Shown: positions 37,614 through 47,629, numbered from the stretch's first letter. The stretch: 64,000 nucleotides of DNA from Candidatus Latescibacterota bacterium (GCA_965116885.1 OZ220741.1:2592001-2656000); one strand, 5' to 3'. The notes: generated by a model not told the origin, from the letters alone. Program-made: numbers and translations.

Positions 37614-38334
37614 AGCCTTTTTCTTCCAGTTCCAGGGCGAGTGTTTTGTCGCCCGATTGCACGATGCGTCCGTCGAGCATAACGTGGACAAAGTCGGGCA
37701 CGATATTGTTGAGCAAGCGCTGATAGTGCGTGACCACAATGGTCGCTTTGTCCGCGCTGTGGAGTGTATTGACGCCGTTGGCAACAACGCGCAGAGCGTC
37801 GATATCGAGTCCAGAATCGGTTTCGTCGAGTATGGCGAGGCGGGGTTCCAGAACAGCCATTTGCAGAATTTCATGGCGTTTTTTTTCGCCGCCAGAAAAG
37901 CCCTCGTTGACCGAACGTTTGAGGAATTTTTCGTCCATTTCGACCAGTTTGAGTTTGTCGCGAATCAGTGTGAGAAAGTCTATGGCATCGACTTCTTCTT
38001 CATCTCTGGCTGTTCGAAGGGCGTTGAGTGCTGTGCGCAAGAAGTACGCGCTGTTGACACCGGGTATTTCTACCGGGTACTGAAAGGCGAGGAAGACGCC
38101 CTGTGCAGCGCGTTCATCCGGGTCCATATCGAGCAGGTCCTGGTCCTCGTAGATGACTTCGCCCGTTGTAACGCTATAGGCTTCGTGACCCGCGAGCACC
38201 TGAGCCAATGTGCTTTTGCCCGACCCGTTGGGTCCCATGATGGCGTGGGTTTCTCCCGCGTTGACCGTGAGGTCGATGCCGTGGAGAATTTCCGCGCCTT
38301 CCACACCTGCGTGCAGATTCCGAATTTCGAGCAT
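37573..38334 (-). CDS. sufC: Fe-S cluster assembly ATPase SufC
   Basis: GPNGSGKST, FQYPVEIPG, NEGFSGGEKKR, LDETDSGLD. Confidence 0.96.
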   Translation of the reverse strand: MLEIRNLHAGVEGAEILHGIDLTVNAGETHAIMGPNGSGKSTLAQVLAGHEAYSVTTGEVIYEDQDLLDMDPDERAAQGVFLAFQYPVEIPGVNSAYFLRTALNALRTARDEEEVDAIDFLTLIRDKLKLVEMDEKFLKRSVNEGFSGGEKKRHEILQMAVLEPRLAILDETDSGLDIDALRVVANGVNTLHSADKATIVVTHYQRLLNNIVPDFVHVMLDGRIVQSGDKTLALELEEKGYDWIKEEHATHSV

Positions 38335-38359
38335 GTTATTTGGTTCCTTAGATTGTGAT

Positions 38360-39829
38360 CTATCCGACACTGCCTTCGAGGCTGATGCCGAGGAGTTTCT
38401 GAGCTTCGACTGCAAATTCCATGGGCAGTTCTGCGAGGACTTCTTTGCAGAAGCCATTGACGATCATTGAGACGGCGTCTTCTGTGGAGATGCCGCGCTG
38501 GTTACAATAGAAGATCTGGTCTTCGCCTATTTTGGATGTGGTGGCTTCGTGCTCGACCTGCGCCGATGGGTTGCGCACGTCGATATAGGGAAAGGTGTGT
38601 GCGCCGCACTGGTCGCCGATGAGCATGGAGTCGCATTGGGTAAAGTTTCTGGCGTTGTGCGCGCCTTTGAGTACTTGCACGGCGCCGCGATAGGTGTTTT
38701 GTCCGCGCAGGGCGGATATGCCTTTGGAGATGATGGTACTTCGGGTGTTTTTCCCTATGTGAATCATTTTTGTGCCGGTGTCGGCCTGTTGTTTGAGAGA
38801 GGTGACGGCGACAGAGTAAAATTCGCCGACGGAGTTGTCCCCCTGAAGAATGCAACTGGGATATTTCCAGGTGATGGCCGATCCGGTTTCGACCTGTGTC
38901 CACGAGATTTTGGAATTTGCGCCCCGACAGGCACCGCGTTTGGTGACGAAGTTGTAGATGCCTCCCCTGCCGTCTATGTCGCCGGGATACCAGTTTTGGA
39001 CGGTGGAGTATTTGATCTGCGCATTGTCGAGTGCGACGAGTTCGACCACGGCTGCGTGGAGTTGATTTTCGTCGCGCATTGGCGCCGTACAGCCTTCTAA
39101 ATACGATACATAAGCACCTTCTTCGGCGATGACGAGCGTGCGCTCAAACTGCCCGGTGTTGGCGGCGTTGATGCGGAAATACGTCGATAATTCCATTGGG
39201 CAGCGCACGCCTTTGGGGATATAGCAAAAGGACCCATCGCTAAAGACAGCCGAATTGAGGGCGGCAAAATAATTGTCGGTGTGCGGGACGACAGAACCGA
39301 GATACTGGCGCACGAGGTCCGGGTGATCTTGCACGGCTTCTGAAAAAGAGCAAAAGATAACGCCCGCTTCGGCGAGTGTTTCCTTAAAGGTGGTGGCGAC
39401 TGAGACACTGTCAAAGACTGCATCGACAGCCACACCGGCGAGCATTTTTTGTTCTTCGAGAGGGATGCCGAGCTTTTCATAGGTGGCGAGCAGTTCGGGA
39501 TCGACTTCGTCCAGGCTTGCGGGACCGTCGTCTGCGTTTTTCGGCGCTGCGTAATACACGATGCTTTGATAGTCGATATCGGGGTAGGTAACCATGGCCC
39601 ACTGTTCGCTTTTTTTGCGTTTGAGCGGGTCTGTCATGGTCAGCCAGTGGCGATAGGCTTTTAAGCGCCATTCGAGCAGCCAGTCGGGTTCATTTTTTTT
39701 CTCTGAAATAAACCGAATAATGTCTTCATTCAGACCTGGGGGGGCAGATTCCTGCTCGATATCTGTCACCCATCCAAATTTGTAATCACTCGTTGCGAGT
39801 GTTTCAAGTTCCTGGGTCTGTGAACTCAT
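38360..39829 (-). CDS. sufB: Fe-S cluster assembly protein SufB
   Basis: [39 protein letters not shown]. Confidence 0.97.
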   Translation of the reverse strand: MSSQTQELETLATSDYKFGWVTDIEQESAPPGLNEDIIRFISEKKNEPDWLLEWRLKAYRHWLTMTDPLKRKKSEQWAMVTYPDIDYQSIVYYAAPKNADDGPASLDEVDPELLATYEKLGIPLEEQKMLAGVAVDAVFDSVSVATTFKETLAEAGVIFCSFSEAVQDHPDLVRQYLGSVVPHTDNYFAALNSAVFSDGSFCYIPKGVRCPMELSTYFRINAANTGQFERTLVIAEEGAYVSYLEGCTAPMRDENQLHAAVVELVALDNAQIKYSTVQNWYPGDIDGRGGIYNFVTKRGACRGANSKISWTQVETGSAITWKYPSCILQGDNSVGEFYSVAVTSLKQQADTGTKMIHIGKNTRSTIISKGISALRGQNTYRGAVQVLKGAHNARNFTQCDSMLIGDQCGAHTFPYIDVRNPSAQVEHEATTSKIGEDQIFYCNQRGISTEDAVSMIVNGFCKEVLAELPMEFAVEAQKLLGISLEGSVG

Positions 39830-39874
39830 TGTAGCACTCCTTATTATGGTCTAAAAAGTAGTCGTGCAATGGCA

Positions 39875-39903
39875 AACTTACCTTAAATATACAAAAATGT
39901 CAA
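39875..39903 (-). promoter_or_regulatory. Putative sigma70 promoter of suf operon
   Basis: TTGACA-17bp-TAAGTT on minus strand. Confidence 0.55.
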
Positions 39904-39967
39904 GATTAAAAATACAAAAAAAGCCCCAAAATAATTTGTTGTAAAGTAACATATTAGAGATGATAAA

Positions 39968-40390
39968 CTATCCCCATGCCTTGCCGCTGGCACGCCTGCG
40001 ACGCTTGCTGCCGGGCAGGTCTTTTTTGGCAACGGCAAAGCCGAGCAGTCCTTTTTGCCCCAGCTTTTTGAGATAGGCGAGCAGGGATATTTCGGCTTCT
40101 TTCACGTTGAGCTGGTGGGTTTTGCTCAGGCGTTTGATGATGGCTTCGACGGTTGTGCGCCCATCGCACATATCCCAGACCTGTGCACCAATTTCGTCGA
40201 GTACCAGTGTTTTCTGTTGGGGAATCCAAAAAAGTTTAGACAGAGTGCGCACTTTCCAGGAATCGCCGCGGGTAAGGGTGACGTGGATCTCGCCGTCGTC
40301 GTTTTTTTTCCATTCGACCTGATTGTTGCGAACGGGCTTGGATTGGAACATGGCCTCGCGACCAATTTTGGGTTGTTTTTTGAATAGCAT
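39968..40390 (-). CDS. PqqD family (RRE-like) protein
   Basis: LDEIGAQVWDMCDGRTTVEAII...YLKKLGQKGLL. Confidence 0.85.
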   Translation of the reverse strand: MLFKKQPKIGREAMFQSKPVRNNQVEWKKNDDGEIHVTLTRGDSWKVRTLSKLFWIPQQKTLVLDEIGAQVWDMCDGRTTVEAIIKRLSKTHQLNVKEAEISLLAYLKKLGQKGLLGFAVAKKDLPGSKRRRRASGKAWG

Positions 40391-40429
40391 AACGGGACTC
40401 CGCTAAATAGACAGGGTATATGTATTCTG

Positions 40430-41371
40430 TCAGGAAATGGCTGTTACATCTTTGCAATAGGCATCGAGGTTTGGGGCACCTTCGGATTTTTTCCAGAAGG
40501 TCTGTACAACAAAAATTTTATTGGTCTCCATATCGGTCCAAATCCGTCCCGAAAGATTCTGGCGGGGGCGCATGTTCCAAAAGGGCAAGGGTTGAAGAAG
40601 GCCCTGCCATCGGCTTTTAGGATGTCCATTGACCGAGAGCACGATGTTGGTGCCCTCGGTTTGGATATCGGTTTCAATGTGAATATGTCGAAGGTCTTTT
40701 GTAAAAAATTCAACATACCATTCATCGAGGTCTTTGCTATTGAGAATTGTGCGCGCTAAGCTGAAGCGGTCAATATTGAGCCGCGTGCTGTCTTTTTGAA
40801 ATCTCAAGCCTATATGCCCGGATTTGAGTTCAAAATTTTCGAGTTCGTATTCTGGAGGAGATTGGCAGATCAAATCGTAGAGTGCCCAGGTCAGGGGACC
40901 GCCGGGCGGGGTGTCCCGCAGGGTGTTGAGGACGAGGGGCAAAACGGCGTCGAGGTTTTCGTCTGTGCGTCCCATAATTCGAATAAAAATGAGCCGATCC
41001 GAGGCTGGACTATACGTCGCGAGGGTGTGTACTGTGTAACGCGATTCCCACACAAAATACTGCGTGTTTTGCATGGCGGGAAGGTCGAGGTCAATGGCTT
41101 TGGGGTCGCGTTCAACGCGCAGGCGGCTTTTTTGTTTTTTGGCATTTTTTGCCAGACCTTCGATGTAGCGATCCACAATTTGCGCCACGCGGTCATCCCC
41201 CCGCGCTTCTTTCCATTCGAGTTCGAGGCGTGCAATTTGAGAGTCGTCGAGGCGCACTTCGCCCGAGTTGGCCTCTCCCGATATTTTGCCCGGGTTCCAT
41301 TCTGATGGGATGTTCAGGCCAATGCCATGCCAGGCAAAGGGTATGTATTCGTCAAATGTGAGATTTTTCAT
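40430..41371 (-). CDS. Hypothetical protein
   Basis: 313 aa ORF with two similar W-x-G/D-L-x-x-x-x-P segments, co-oriented with PqqD gene. Confidence 0.7.
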   Translation of the reverse strand: MKNLTFDEYIPFAWHGIGLNIPSEWNPGKISGEANSGEVRLDDSQIARLELEWKEARGDDRVAQIVDRYIEGLAKNAKKQKSRLRVERDPKAIDLDLPAMQNTQYFVWESRYTVHTLATYSPASDRLIFIRIMGRTDENLDAVLPLVLNTLRDTPPGGPLTWALYDLICQSPPEYELENFELKSGHIGLRFQKDSTRLNIDRFSLARTILNSKDLDEWYVEFFTKDLRHIHIETDIQTEGTNIVLSVNGHPKSRWQGLLQPLPFWNMRPRQNLSGRIWTDMETNKIFVVQTFWKKSEGAPNLDAYCKDVTAIS

Positions 41372-41533
41372 GGTGTTTTTCCGTTCAGTGCTCGTGCGCC
41401 TGCGCTCACACAGATAAGATACAAGGGGGTATTTGCGGTGTCAAGAGAGGATATGTAGATGTATTTACGTTGTTTAGTGTAGATGAGATGGGGAAAGATA
41501 ATATATTTTTTAAAAATTATTTGAGATGAAAAC

Positions 41534-41562
41534 TTGACGGATGCACGAACGTTCACTATATT
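41534..41562 (+). promoter_or_regulatory. lexA promoter with candidate LexA operator in spacer
   Basis: TTGACG-17bp-TATATT; spacer contains TGCAC-GAAC-GTTCA. Confidence 0.6.
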
Positions 41563-41617
41563 CAAATGTGCAGGTTATGGATATATGCGTTTTGGACTGA
41601 TAATAAGGAGGTGTGTT

Positions 41618-42247
41618 TTGCGAAAAAAACTAACTGCGCGCCAACAGGAGATATACGATTTTATCGCTCAGGTGATTCGCGATCAGGGATATCCGCCTAC
41701 GATCCGAGAAATTATGGAGGCTTTTGGGATTGCTTCAACCAATGGTGTGCGAACCACGCTGTCTGCATTGGAAAAGAAAGGGTATATTCGTCGGACTGCT
41801 ATGTTGTCGCGCAGCATTGAATTGACGGATTATCAGGCACGCGATGCCTCGCTTTCCGGGGATGTGCGCGAAGTGCCAGTGATTGGGCGCGTTGCTGCCG
41901 GTGAACCGATTCTGGCGATGGAAAATATTGAGAGTACGCTTGCTGTAGATTCCGGGTTTGTGCCGCGCGGCGATGTTTTTGCCCTTCAGGTTGAGGGTGA
42001 TAGCATGCGCGATGCAGGGATATTGGATGGCGATTTTGTGCTCGCGCGCCATCAGGAATCCGCCCATCAAGGTGAGATTGTCGTGGCTGTGATTGGCGAA
42101 GAAGCGACGGTTAAGCGCTACTATCGAGAGGGTTCGCAGGTCAAGTTGATGCCCGAAAATGAAGCCTACCAACCCATTGTGGTAGGTAAAAGCCACGAGA
42201 CATTCCGTATTGCCGGCAAAATCGTGGGTTTGATGCGGTCTTTTTAG
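41618..42247 (+). CDS. lexA: SOS repressor LexA
   Basis: LTARQQEI, YPPTIREI HTH, VAAG cleavage site, GDSM (Ser), TVKR (Lys); TTG start after AAGGAGG. Confidence 0.96.
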   Translation: MRKKLTARQQEIYDFIAQVIRDQGYPPTIREIMEAFGIASTNGVRTTLSALEKKGYIRRTAMLSRSIELTDYQARDASLSGDVREVPVIGRVAAGEPILAMENIESTLAVDSGFVPRGDVFALQVEGDSMRDAGILDGDFVLARHQESAHQGEIVVAVIGEEATVKRYYREGSQVKLMPENEAYQPIVVGKSHETFRIAGKIVGLMRSF

Positions 42248-42277
42248 ACGAGTCAGAATACCGCTGCGTGATAGGAT

Positions 42278-42309
42278 AAAAGAGAGGTCTTAACAGATCT
42301 CTCTTTTTT
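42278..42309. terminator. Bidirectional terminator lexA/dprA
   Basis: AAAAGAGAG...CTCTCTTTT inverted repeat. Confidence 0.7.
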
Positions 42310-43405
42310 ATTTTTTTTGCCTGAAATGCATGCCGGGCAGTTGTTCGACATGGCCCTTGATTTCGAGGCTCAAGAGGATGTTGAGGGTTTCTCCAGAAGA
42401 GAATTTCACGGCTTTGGTGAGGGCGTCAATATGTACCGGGGTCGCATCGGCAGACAGGCTGACAAGAGCGTCCCATACGCGTTGTTCTCGGTCGGATAAG
42501 ACAGGTTGCTCAGAGGGTTGAGGAGGGAGTGGTGACCGATGTTCAATTTCGCTCAAGATGTCCTGTGTCGTTTGTACGAGAATGGCTCCCTGGCTGAGGA
42601 GGCTATTTGTGCCCTGACTTTTGCCCGAATAAATCGGACCGGGTACGGCAAAGACATCTCGGTTCTGGTCAAGTGCAAATTGGGCGGTGATGAGCGCCCC
42701 GCTCTGTTTGCCCGCTTCAACAACGACTGTGCCGAGGCTCAAGCCACTGATAATGCGGTTGCGTCTTGGAAAGTTGTGGGCTTCTGGGGTAGTGCCCAGT
42801 GGAAATTCTGAGAAGACCACACCGCGTTCACATATTTGTTGAAATAGGGTGCGATTTTCAGGTGGGTAGGGGCAATCCAGGCTGCTGCCCAGTACTGCTG
42901 CTGTTGCGCCGTGTTCGAGTGCCCCCCGATGTGCATGGGTATCAATGCCAACGGCCATGCCGCTGACCACTGTGACCCCTGCTCTGGCGAGATCACTTCC
43001 CAGGCGATGCGCGGTTTCCCGTCCATAAGGCGTGAAAGAGCGCGAGCCGACAATGCTTATGGTGGGGCTGTGGCAATGGCTTATATCGCCTTTTGCAAAG
43101 AGCAGAGGTGGTGGGGCGTAGATTTGATTTAATATTTCGGGATAGAGGGGATCGGTAAGCGTGCAGATCTGGATGCCGAGGTCTTTTGCGCGTGCGATTT
43201 GATCTCGCGCCCATGCCCAGTTCCGTTTGGTAGAGATAGATTGTGCGGTGCTGGGGCCAATGCCGGGGATCTCGCACAGTGCTTTGGGAGATTTAGAAAG
43301 AATATTTTCCGGCGTTTCAAAATGTTCGAGAAGAGCGCAATAGGCAGCGGGCCCCAGGCCCGGTACGGCGTAGAGTACCAGCCAGGGTAAAGTGTGGTCA
43401 CACAT
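42308..43405 (-). CDS. dprA: DNA-processing protein DprA
   Basis: IVGSR, VSGMAVGIDT, FPRRNRIISGL, SGALITA, C-terminal winged helix. Confidence 0.96.
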   Translation of the reverse strand: MCDHTLPWLVLYAVPGLGPAAYCALLEHFETPENILSKSPKALCEIPGIGPSTAQSISTKRNWAWARDQIARAKDLGIQICTLTDPLYPEILNQIYAPPPLLFAKGDISHCHSPTISIVGSRSFTPYGRETAHRLGSDLARAGVTVVSGMAVGIDTHAHRGALEHGATAAVLGSSLDCPYPPENRTLFQQICERGVVFSEFPLGTTPEAHNFPRRNRIISGLSLGTVVVEAGKQSGALITAQFALDQNRDVFAVPGPIYSGKSQGTNSLLSQGAILVQTTQDILSEIEHRSPLPPQPSEQPVLSDREQRVWDALVSLSADATPVHIDALTKAVKFSSGETLNILLSLEIKGHVEQLPGMHFRQKK

Positions 43406-43460
43406 AATGTCTCGTTTGAAAGGGGCGTTTTTAGGGATATAGGTAAGCAATATTTATGCC

Positions 43461-43490
43461 AAAAAAAAAGCCCGTTAAATGGGCTTTTTT
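43461..43490 (-). terminator. Intrinsic terminator after sulfatase
   Basis: AAAAAAAAGCCCG-TTAAA-TGGGCTTTTTT. Confidence 0.7.
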
Positions 43491-43563
43491 TCTTTTTGAC
43501 GTGAATATTTTGTTCACAATGCGGATAATGGGTTGAAATATTTGAATACTGGAAGAGGAGGAT

Positions 43564-45042
43564 TCAGTCTCTTGAATATCCGGGGATATTGTAGAGTGGA
43601 ACCGCCCATCCCGCATCCTGAATTAGCAAATTTGCATCCACACTTTTGGGTTCAGCTATCGCGCCAAAGTCTTTCCACTGGTCGCCATCTATAGGTTCGG
43701 TATAGCCTTCGTTTTGGAAAAAGCCTATTAGCTTTTCCCGCATTGTTTTTACCTCGGAGGCGTACAGGATATTGTACGCGCAGTTGCGCGTTTCCTCTGC
43801 ATCCACGCGGTGATCGAGCAGGTATTCCTTTTGGTCGCCGGCTGAATAGATGTATTTCAAGTTGCCGTCATAGGCCATGTACATACCCCGTTGTCCGCGC
43901 TGAATCTGACCGTAAATCATTCGTTCGCGCTCATTGCCCACGAGGTCGGCCATGTCCAGACCGTCTAAATCTGCGTTGTGATTGGAAATGCCTGCTGCGC
44001 CCAAAAATGTGGGGATCAGGTCCATCAATCCACACGGTGTTTCTTCTATAATACCGCGGGGAAAACGCTCGGGATAGCGCACCAGCATGGGGACTCGGGC
44101 CGCTGCATCGAGAAAGCTGCGTTTGCCAAAGCAGTTGTAATCCCCCAATAGTTCTCCGTGATCCGATGACCAGGCAATGAGGGTGTTGTCCAGTTCGCCC
44201 TGTTTTTCGAGTTCGTCAATGATTCGGCCCACGCTGTAGTCGATAAATGATATGCACGCCCAGTAATACCCGCGCATGACTTGCAACATGCGATTGTCCA
44301 ATCCCGCATCGCGGTATTTGTATCGATTCTGATGGCGATTGAAATGCGTCCACAGATCTTCCAGGTCATCGGGGCGTTTGGGAAAGGGCATCAGGGAACC
44401 GCGATAGAGTTTGTTCCAGGGCGTTGGTGGTGAGAAGGGTGGGTGCGGATGGATAAAACTCGACCATAAAAAGAATGGTTTGGATGTATCGCGGTTTTTC
44501 AGAAAGTCAATGCTGCGGTCCGCGACCCAGGCCGTTGGATGGTGGCGTGCGGGAAGTTGAGAAATTTGTGGGATATAATACATTTCTCCTCTCGCGCCCA
44601 TTGGATCGTGTACATAGTCATAGCCGTGTGCATGGAGGTATTTTAGATAATCATTTGCATCAGTTGTTCCCGAGATTTCTTCCTGTACATCTCGTGCGTG
44701 AAATCCCCGCAGTCCGCCACGATCACCGGTAAAGTGCATTTTGCCCACTCCGTGACAGAGGTACCCGCCCTGTGCGAGGAGGTCCATCAGCGATGGGCGA
44801 TCTGTCGGTTGTCGAAATCCATTGTCAAAGCACCCATTTTTGTGCGGATACTGTCCGGTAATAAGGGATGCACGGGCTGATACACAAACGGGTGATGGCG
44901 TGTATCCTTTGGTAAAATTTACTCCTTCATGGCACAACCGATCCATTACTGGCGTGCGGATATGCGGATTGCCAGCCGCGTGAATGGTGTCCCAGCGTTG
45001 CTGGTCGGTAAATGCGAATAGAATATTGGGTTGTTTGGGCAT
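43564..45042 (-). CDS. Sulfatase family protein
   Basis: PNILFAFTDQQR, SPVCVSARASLITG, GKMH, SDHGE; start reassigned to MPKQPN. Confidence 0.93.
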   Translation of the reverse strand: MPKQPNILFAFTDQQRWDTIHAAGNPHIRTPVMDRLCHEGVNFTKGYTPSPVCVSARASLITGQYPHKNGCFDNGFRQPTDRPSLMDLLAQGGYLCHGVGKMHFTGDRGGLRGFHARDVQEEISGTTDANDYLKYLHAHGYDYVHDPMGARGEMYYIPQISQLPARHHPTAWVADRSIDFLKNRDTSKPFFLWSSFIHPHPPFSPPTPWNKLYRGSLMPFPKRPDDLEDLWTHFNRHQNRYKYRDAGLDNRMLQVMRGYYWACISFIDYSVGRIIDELEKQGELDNTLIAWSSDHGELLGDYNCFGKRSFLDAAARVPMLVRYPERFPRGIIEETPCGLMDLIPTFLGAAGISNHNADLDGLDMADLVGNERERMIYGQIQRGQRGMYMAYDGNLKYIYSAGDQKEYLLDHRVDAEETRNCAYNILYASEVKTMREKLIGFFQNEGYTEPIDGDQWKDFGAIAEPKSVDANLLIQDAGWAVPLYNIPGYSRD

Positions 45043-45062
45043 TTTTTTCTCCCTGGAGAATA

Positions 45063-46343
45063 TTAATAATTCGAAGCTTTCATGTAAAAACACAGCCAAA
45101 ATCCCACCAAAACGGTGGTGGCAGATAGGGCAAACACACCTTGAAGATGTACGAGGTCTGCGAGCACGCCTCCAAATATGGGATAGAGCGAACCAATGCC
45201 CAGGACGGTGTTGGTGATGCCGATATAGGTTGGGCGACGCTCTGCTGGCGCGATGTCCAGTAGATAACTTTTGAATCCAATAAAGATGCCCGTTGTCGTT
45301 CCGCCTATTAAGAGAAAAATTGGCGAAAAACACGCCGCGATTATCCACTCAGACGCGTGTTGCAACACGCTCGCCTGGTTGCTTAAGATCAATGCCATAC
45401 ACGGAATTAAAGCCACGCCCAATACGGCGAACAAGACCACGCGGTGGTTTCCGTAATTGAGCGAGAGTCTTCCCCATATTATATTAAAAATAGCTGCGCC
45501 TATGGTTTGTATGGCTAAAAAAAAGCCGACTGTGCTTTCCGAGATGTAAAATGTCTCCTGGGCGAGTACCACGTAAAACGGAAGTGAGAACCCAATGCCC
45601 GATGCCAGCATTTGAACCAGGAGGAACCGTCCAAAGTTGCGGTCGCGGCGCAGTAATTGAGGAATACCGCGAATCACCTGAATGGCATTTCGGTGGGTCG
45701 TGCTCATCTCTCCTTCTGGCTCTCGAACCAGACAGAAACACCCGATGCCCAGGCTCATCATCCCGGCGCCCAGCGCGAAGATCATGACGTAATTTATCGG
45801 AAAGTCATAACCGCTATCTGAGTCGAGAAAATACTTGACCAATATGCCCGCGAGGATGCTCAATATGCCGCCGAGAAATGAACGGGATGCGTAAAATAAT
45901 CCCGTGTGCGACCTCGGCAGAGATCTGCCCACGATATCTGTATAGGCATTGCCCGCGGGGCCTCCAAAAAGAGAAGCGATGCCATATAGAATGAGAAAGC
46001 TGCTCAATACCAGACTGGGGCGCTCGAGTCCGTACCACGCGAGTAGTGGCACGATTGCCCAGATCAGCGACATGCGAATGAGGTTGGCTTGTCTGTACAC
46101 TGGAAGCCGACGCGCACGCCGCTCCAGATATCCCGCCACGAGCAATTGGGGCAAATGCCAACCTGCGCGGTGTAGAGAAGCGGCCAGGCCGACCAGCGTA
46201 TCTGAGGTTGTAAAATGCCGAATAAAAACGGGTAAGACTGTGGTGGGGTCTAAAAATGCTGTGCCAAATGCGAAGATGCCACCATTTAATGTCCCCACAA
46301 TAAAGTTGAACTGCGCATTACCCTTTTCAGGTAAGAATCCCAT
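45063..46343 (-). CDS. MFS transporter
   Basis: About 12 hydrophobic segments, DIAPAERRPTYIG motif. Confidence 0.85.
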   Translation of the reverse strand: MGFLPEKGNAQFNFIVGTLNGGIFAFGTAFLDPTTVLPVFIRHFTTSDTLVGLAASLHRAGWHLPQLLVAGYLERRARRLPVYRQANLIRMSLIWAIVPLLAWYGLERPSLVLSSFLILYGIASLFGGPAGNAYTDIVGRSLPRSHTGLFYASRSFLGGILSILAGILVKYFLDSDSGYDFPINYVMIFALGAGMMSLGIGCFCLVREPEGEMSTTHRNAIQVIRGIPQLLRRDRNFGRFLLVQMLASGIGFSLPFYVVLAQETFYISESTVGFFLAIQTIGAAIFNIIWGRLSLNYGNHRVVLFAVLGVALIPCMALILSNQASVLQHASEWIIAACFSPIFLLIGGTTTGIFIGFKSYLLDIAPAERRPTYIGITNTVLGIGSLYPIFGGVLADLVHLQGVFALSATTVLVGFWLCFYMKASNY

Positions 46344-46349
46344 TTAATG

Positions 46350-46381
46350 AATTAAAAATTAAAAATTAAAAATTAAAAATT
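46350..46381. repeat. Heptamer tandem repeat (AATTAAA)x4.5
   Basis: Directly visible immediately upstream of MFS start codon. Confidence 0.85.
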
Positions 46382-46505
46382 GTCCCCACACCCGATGAAC
46401 CGCTAAGTCGTTATATGCTGTTCCACAATATAATGCTTCTTGACAATCGGAAAACTCATTTCTATATCTTGGTTATAGATCACAATTCAGTGTAAGGAGA
46501 ATCCC

Positions 46506-46976
46506 ATGTCCAGAATTATTTATCTCGCCAGTCCCTACGGTTTTTCGTCTCAACAGAAACAGAAACTTTTGCCCGAGTTTGTTCAGGCGCTCGAGTCTCT
46601 CGGCGCAGAAGTGTGGGAACCGTTTGGACGCAATAATCAGATTGACAAGGCACAGCCCGGATGGGCGTATCAAATCGGGCAGGCAGATGTGCGCGATGTC
46701 AAAGAATCAGACGCGATATTTGCCATTGTCAATGGGACGCCGCCCGATGAAGGTGTGATGGTTGAGCTTGGGATTGCCATTGCTTTGGGAAAAAAGACTT
46801 TTCTCTTTCGGGACGATTTTCGCCGCTGTACCGATTCAGAAGACTATGCGCTTAACCTTATGCTGTTTACTGGTTTGCCAGAACGCGGCTGGGAAGATTA
46901 TTATTACACCTCTTTGGATGAAGTTGCCGATCCGGATAAGGCTCTGGTGCGCTGGCTGAATGGAGCAATGGATTGA
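46506..46976 (+). CDS. Nucleoside 2-deoxyribosyltransferase family protein
   Basis: IYLASPYGF, DEGVMVELG, NLML. Confidence 0.9.
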   Translation: MSRIIYLASPYGFSSQQKQKLLPEFVQALESLGAEVWEPFGRNNQIDKAQPGWAYQIGQADVRDVKESDAIFAIVNGTPPDEGVMVELGIAIALGKKTFLFRDDFRRCTDSEDYALNLMLFTGLPERGWEDYYYTSLDEVADPDKALVRWLNGAMD

Positions 46977-47001
46977 CAGACCTATCATTCCTGAGTATTA
47001 T
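46973..47001 (+). promoter_or_regulatory. Putative sigma70 promoter of Uma2 gene
   Basis: TTGACA-17bp-TATTAT. Confidence 0.6.
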
Positions 47002-47042
47002 ATTTTAACCATTATTTTCACCCAAACACAACAGGTTCAGGT

Positions 47043-47591
47043 ATGGCCCTACAAACCGTTGCCACCATGACAGCCGATGAGCTTCTGGTGATGCCGCACA
47101 ATGGCTATCGCTATGAACTCATAAAGGGAGAATTGCGCCAGATGGCTCCAGCGGGAAGTCAGCACGGACGAATTGCATTGAAGATAGGATGGCGTCTTGC
47201 CCAGTTTGTCGAAGAGAACGGACTTGGAACAACTTATGCCGCCGAAACCGGATTTATTATCGACACTGCGCCCGATACGGTGCGCGCACCCGACGCGAGT
47301 TTTGTGTCTAAAGAACGTGCGGAAGCCATAGACGACGAAGGGTTTTTTCCCGGCGCGCCCGACCTTGCCGTTGAAGTCGTCTCACCGAATGACCGCGCAT
47401 CCGAAGTGACGGAAAAAGCATTTGATTGGTTGCGGGCAGGTGCGAAGATGGTTATTGTGCTCGATCCCAAAACGCATATAGCAACCGTCTATCGCGGGTT
47501 CGATGATGTTCGCATTCTCACAGAAGGCGATACGATTGACGGCGGTGATGTCCTGCCCGGGTGGCAATTGCCACTTGCAGATGTGTTCTAA
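47043..47591 (+). CDS. Uma2 family endonuclease-fold protein
   Basis: YELIKGEL, RAPDASF, PDLAVEVVSP, LPGW. Confidence 0.92.
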   Translation: MALQTVATMTADELLVMPHNGYRYELIKGELRQMAPAGSQHGRIALKIGWRLAQFVEENGLGTTYAAETGFIIDTAPDTVRAPDASFVSKERAEAIDDEGFFPGAPDLAVEVVSPNDRASEVTEKAFDWLRAGAKMVIVLDPKTHIATVYRGFDDVRILTEGDTIDGGDVLPGWQLPLADVF

Positions 47592-47621
47592 AAAAAGGGC
47601 GACCAAAAGGTCGCCTTTTTT
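47590..47621. terminator. Bidirectional terminator
   Basis: AAAAAAAGGGCGACC-AAAA-GGTCGCCTTTTTT. Confidence 0.8.
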
Positions 47622-47629
47622 ATATCTAT

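Noticed and set aside
37614..37874. SufD N-terminal extension
   Set aside because: Lies within sufC in another frame.
45043..45348. N-terminal extension of the sulfatase
   Set aside because: Out-of-frame overlap with the MFS 3' end; the true start is MPKQPN after GGAG.
46506..47591. Deoxyribosyltransferase + Uma2 as a toxin-antitoxin or retron-like system
   Set aside because: Each gene appears to have its own promoter, and no reverse transcriptase or ncRNA is evident.
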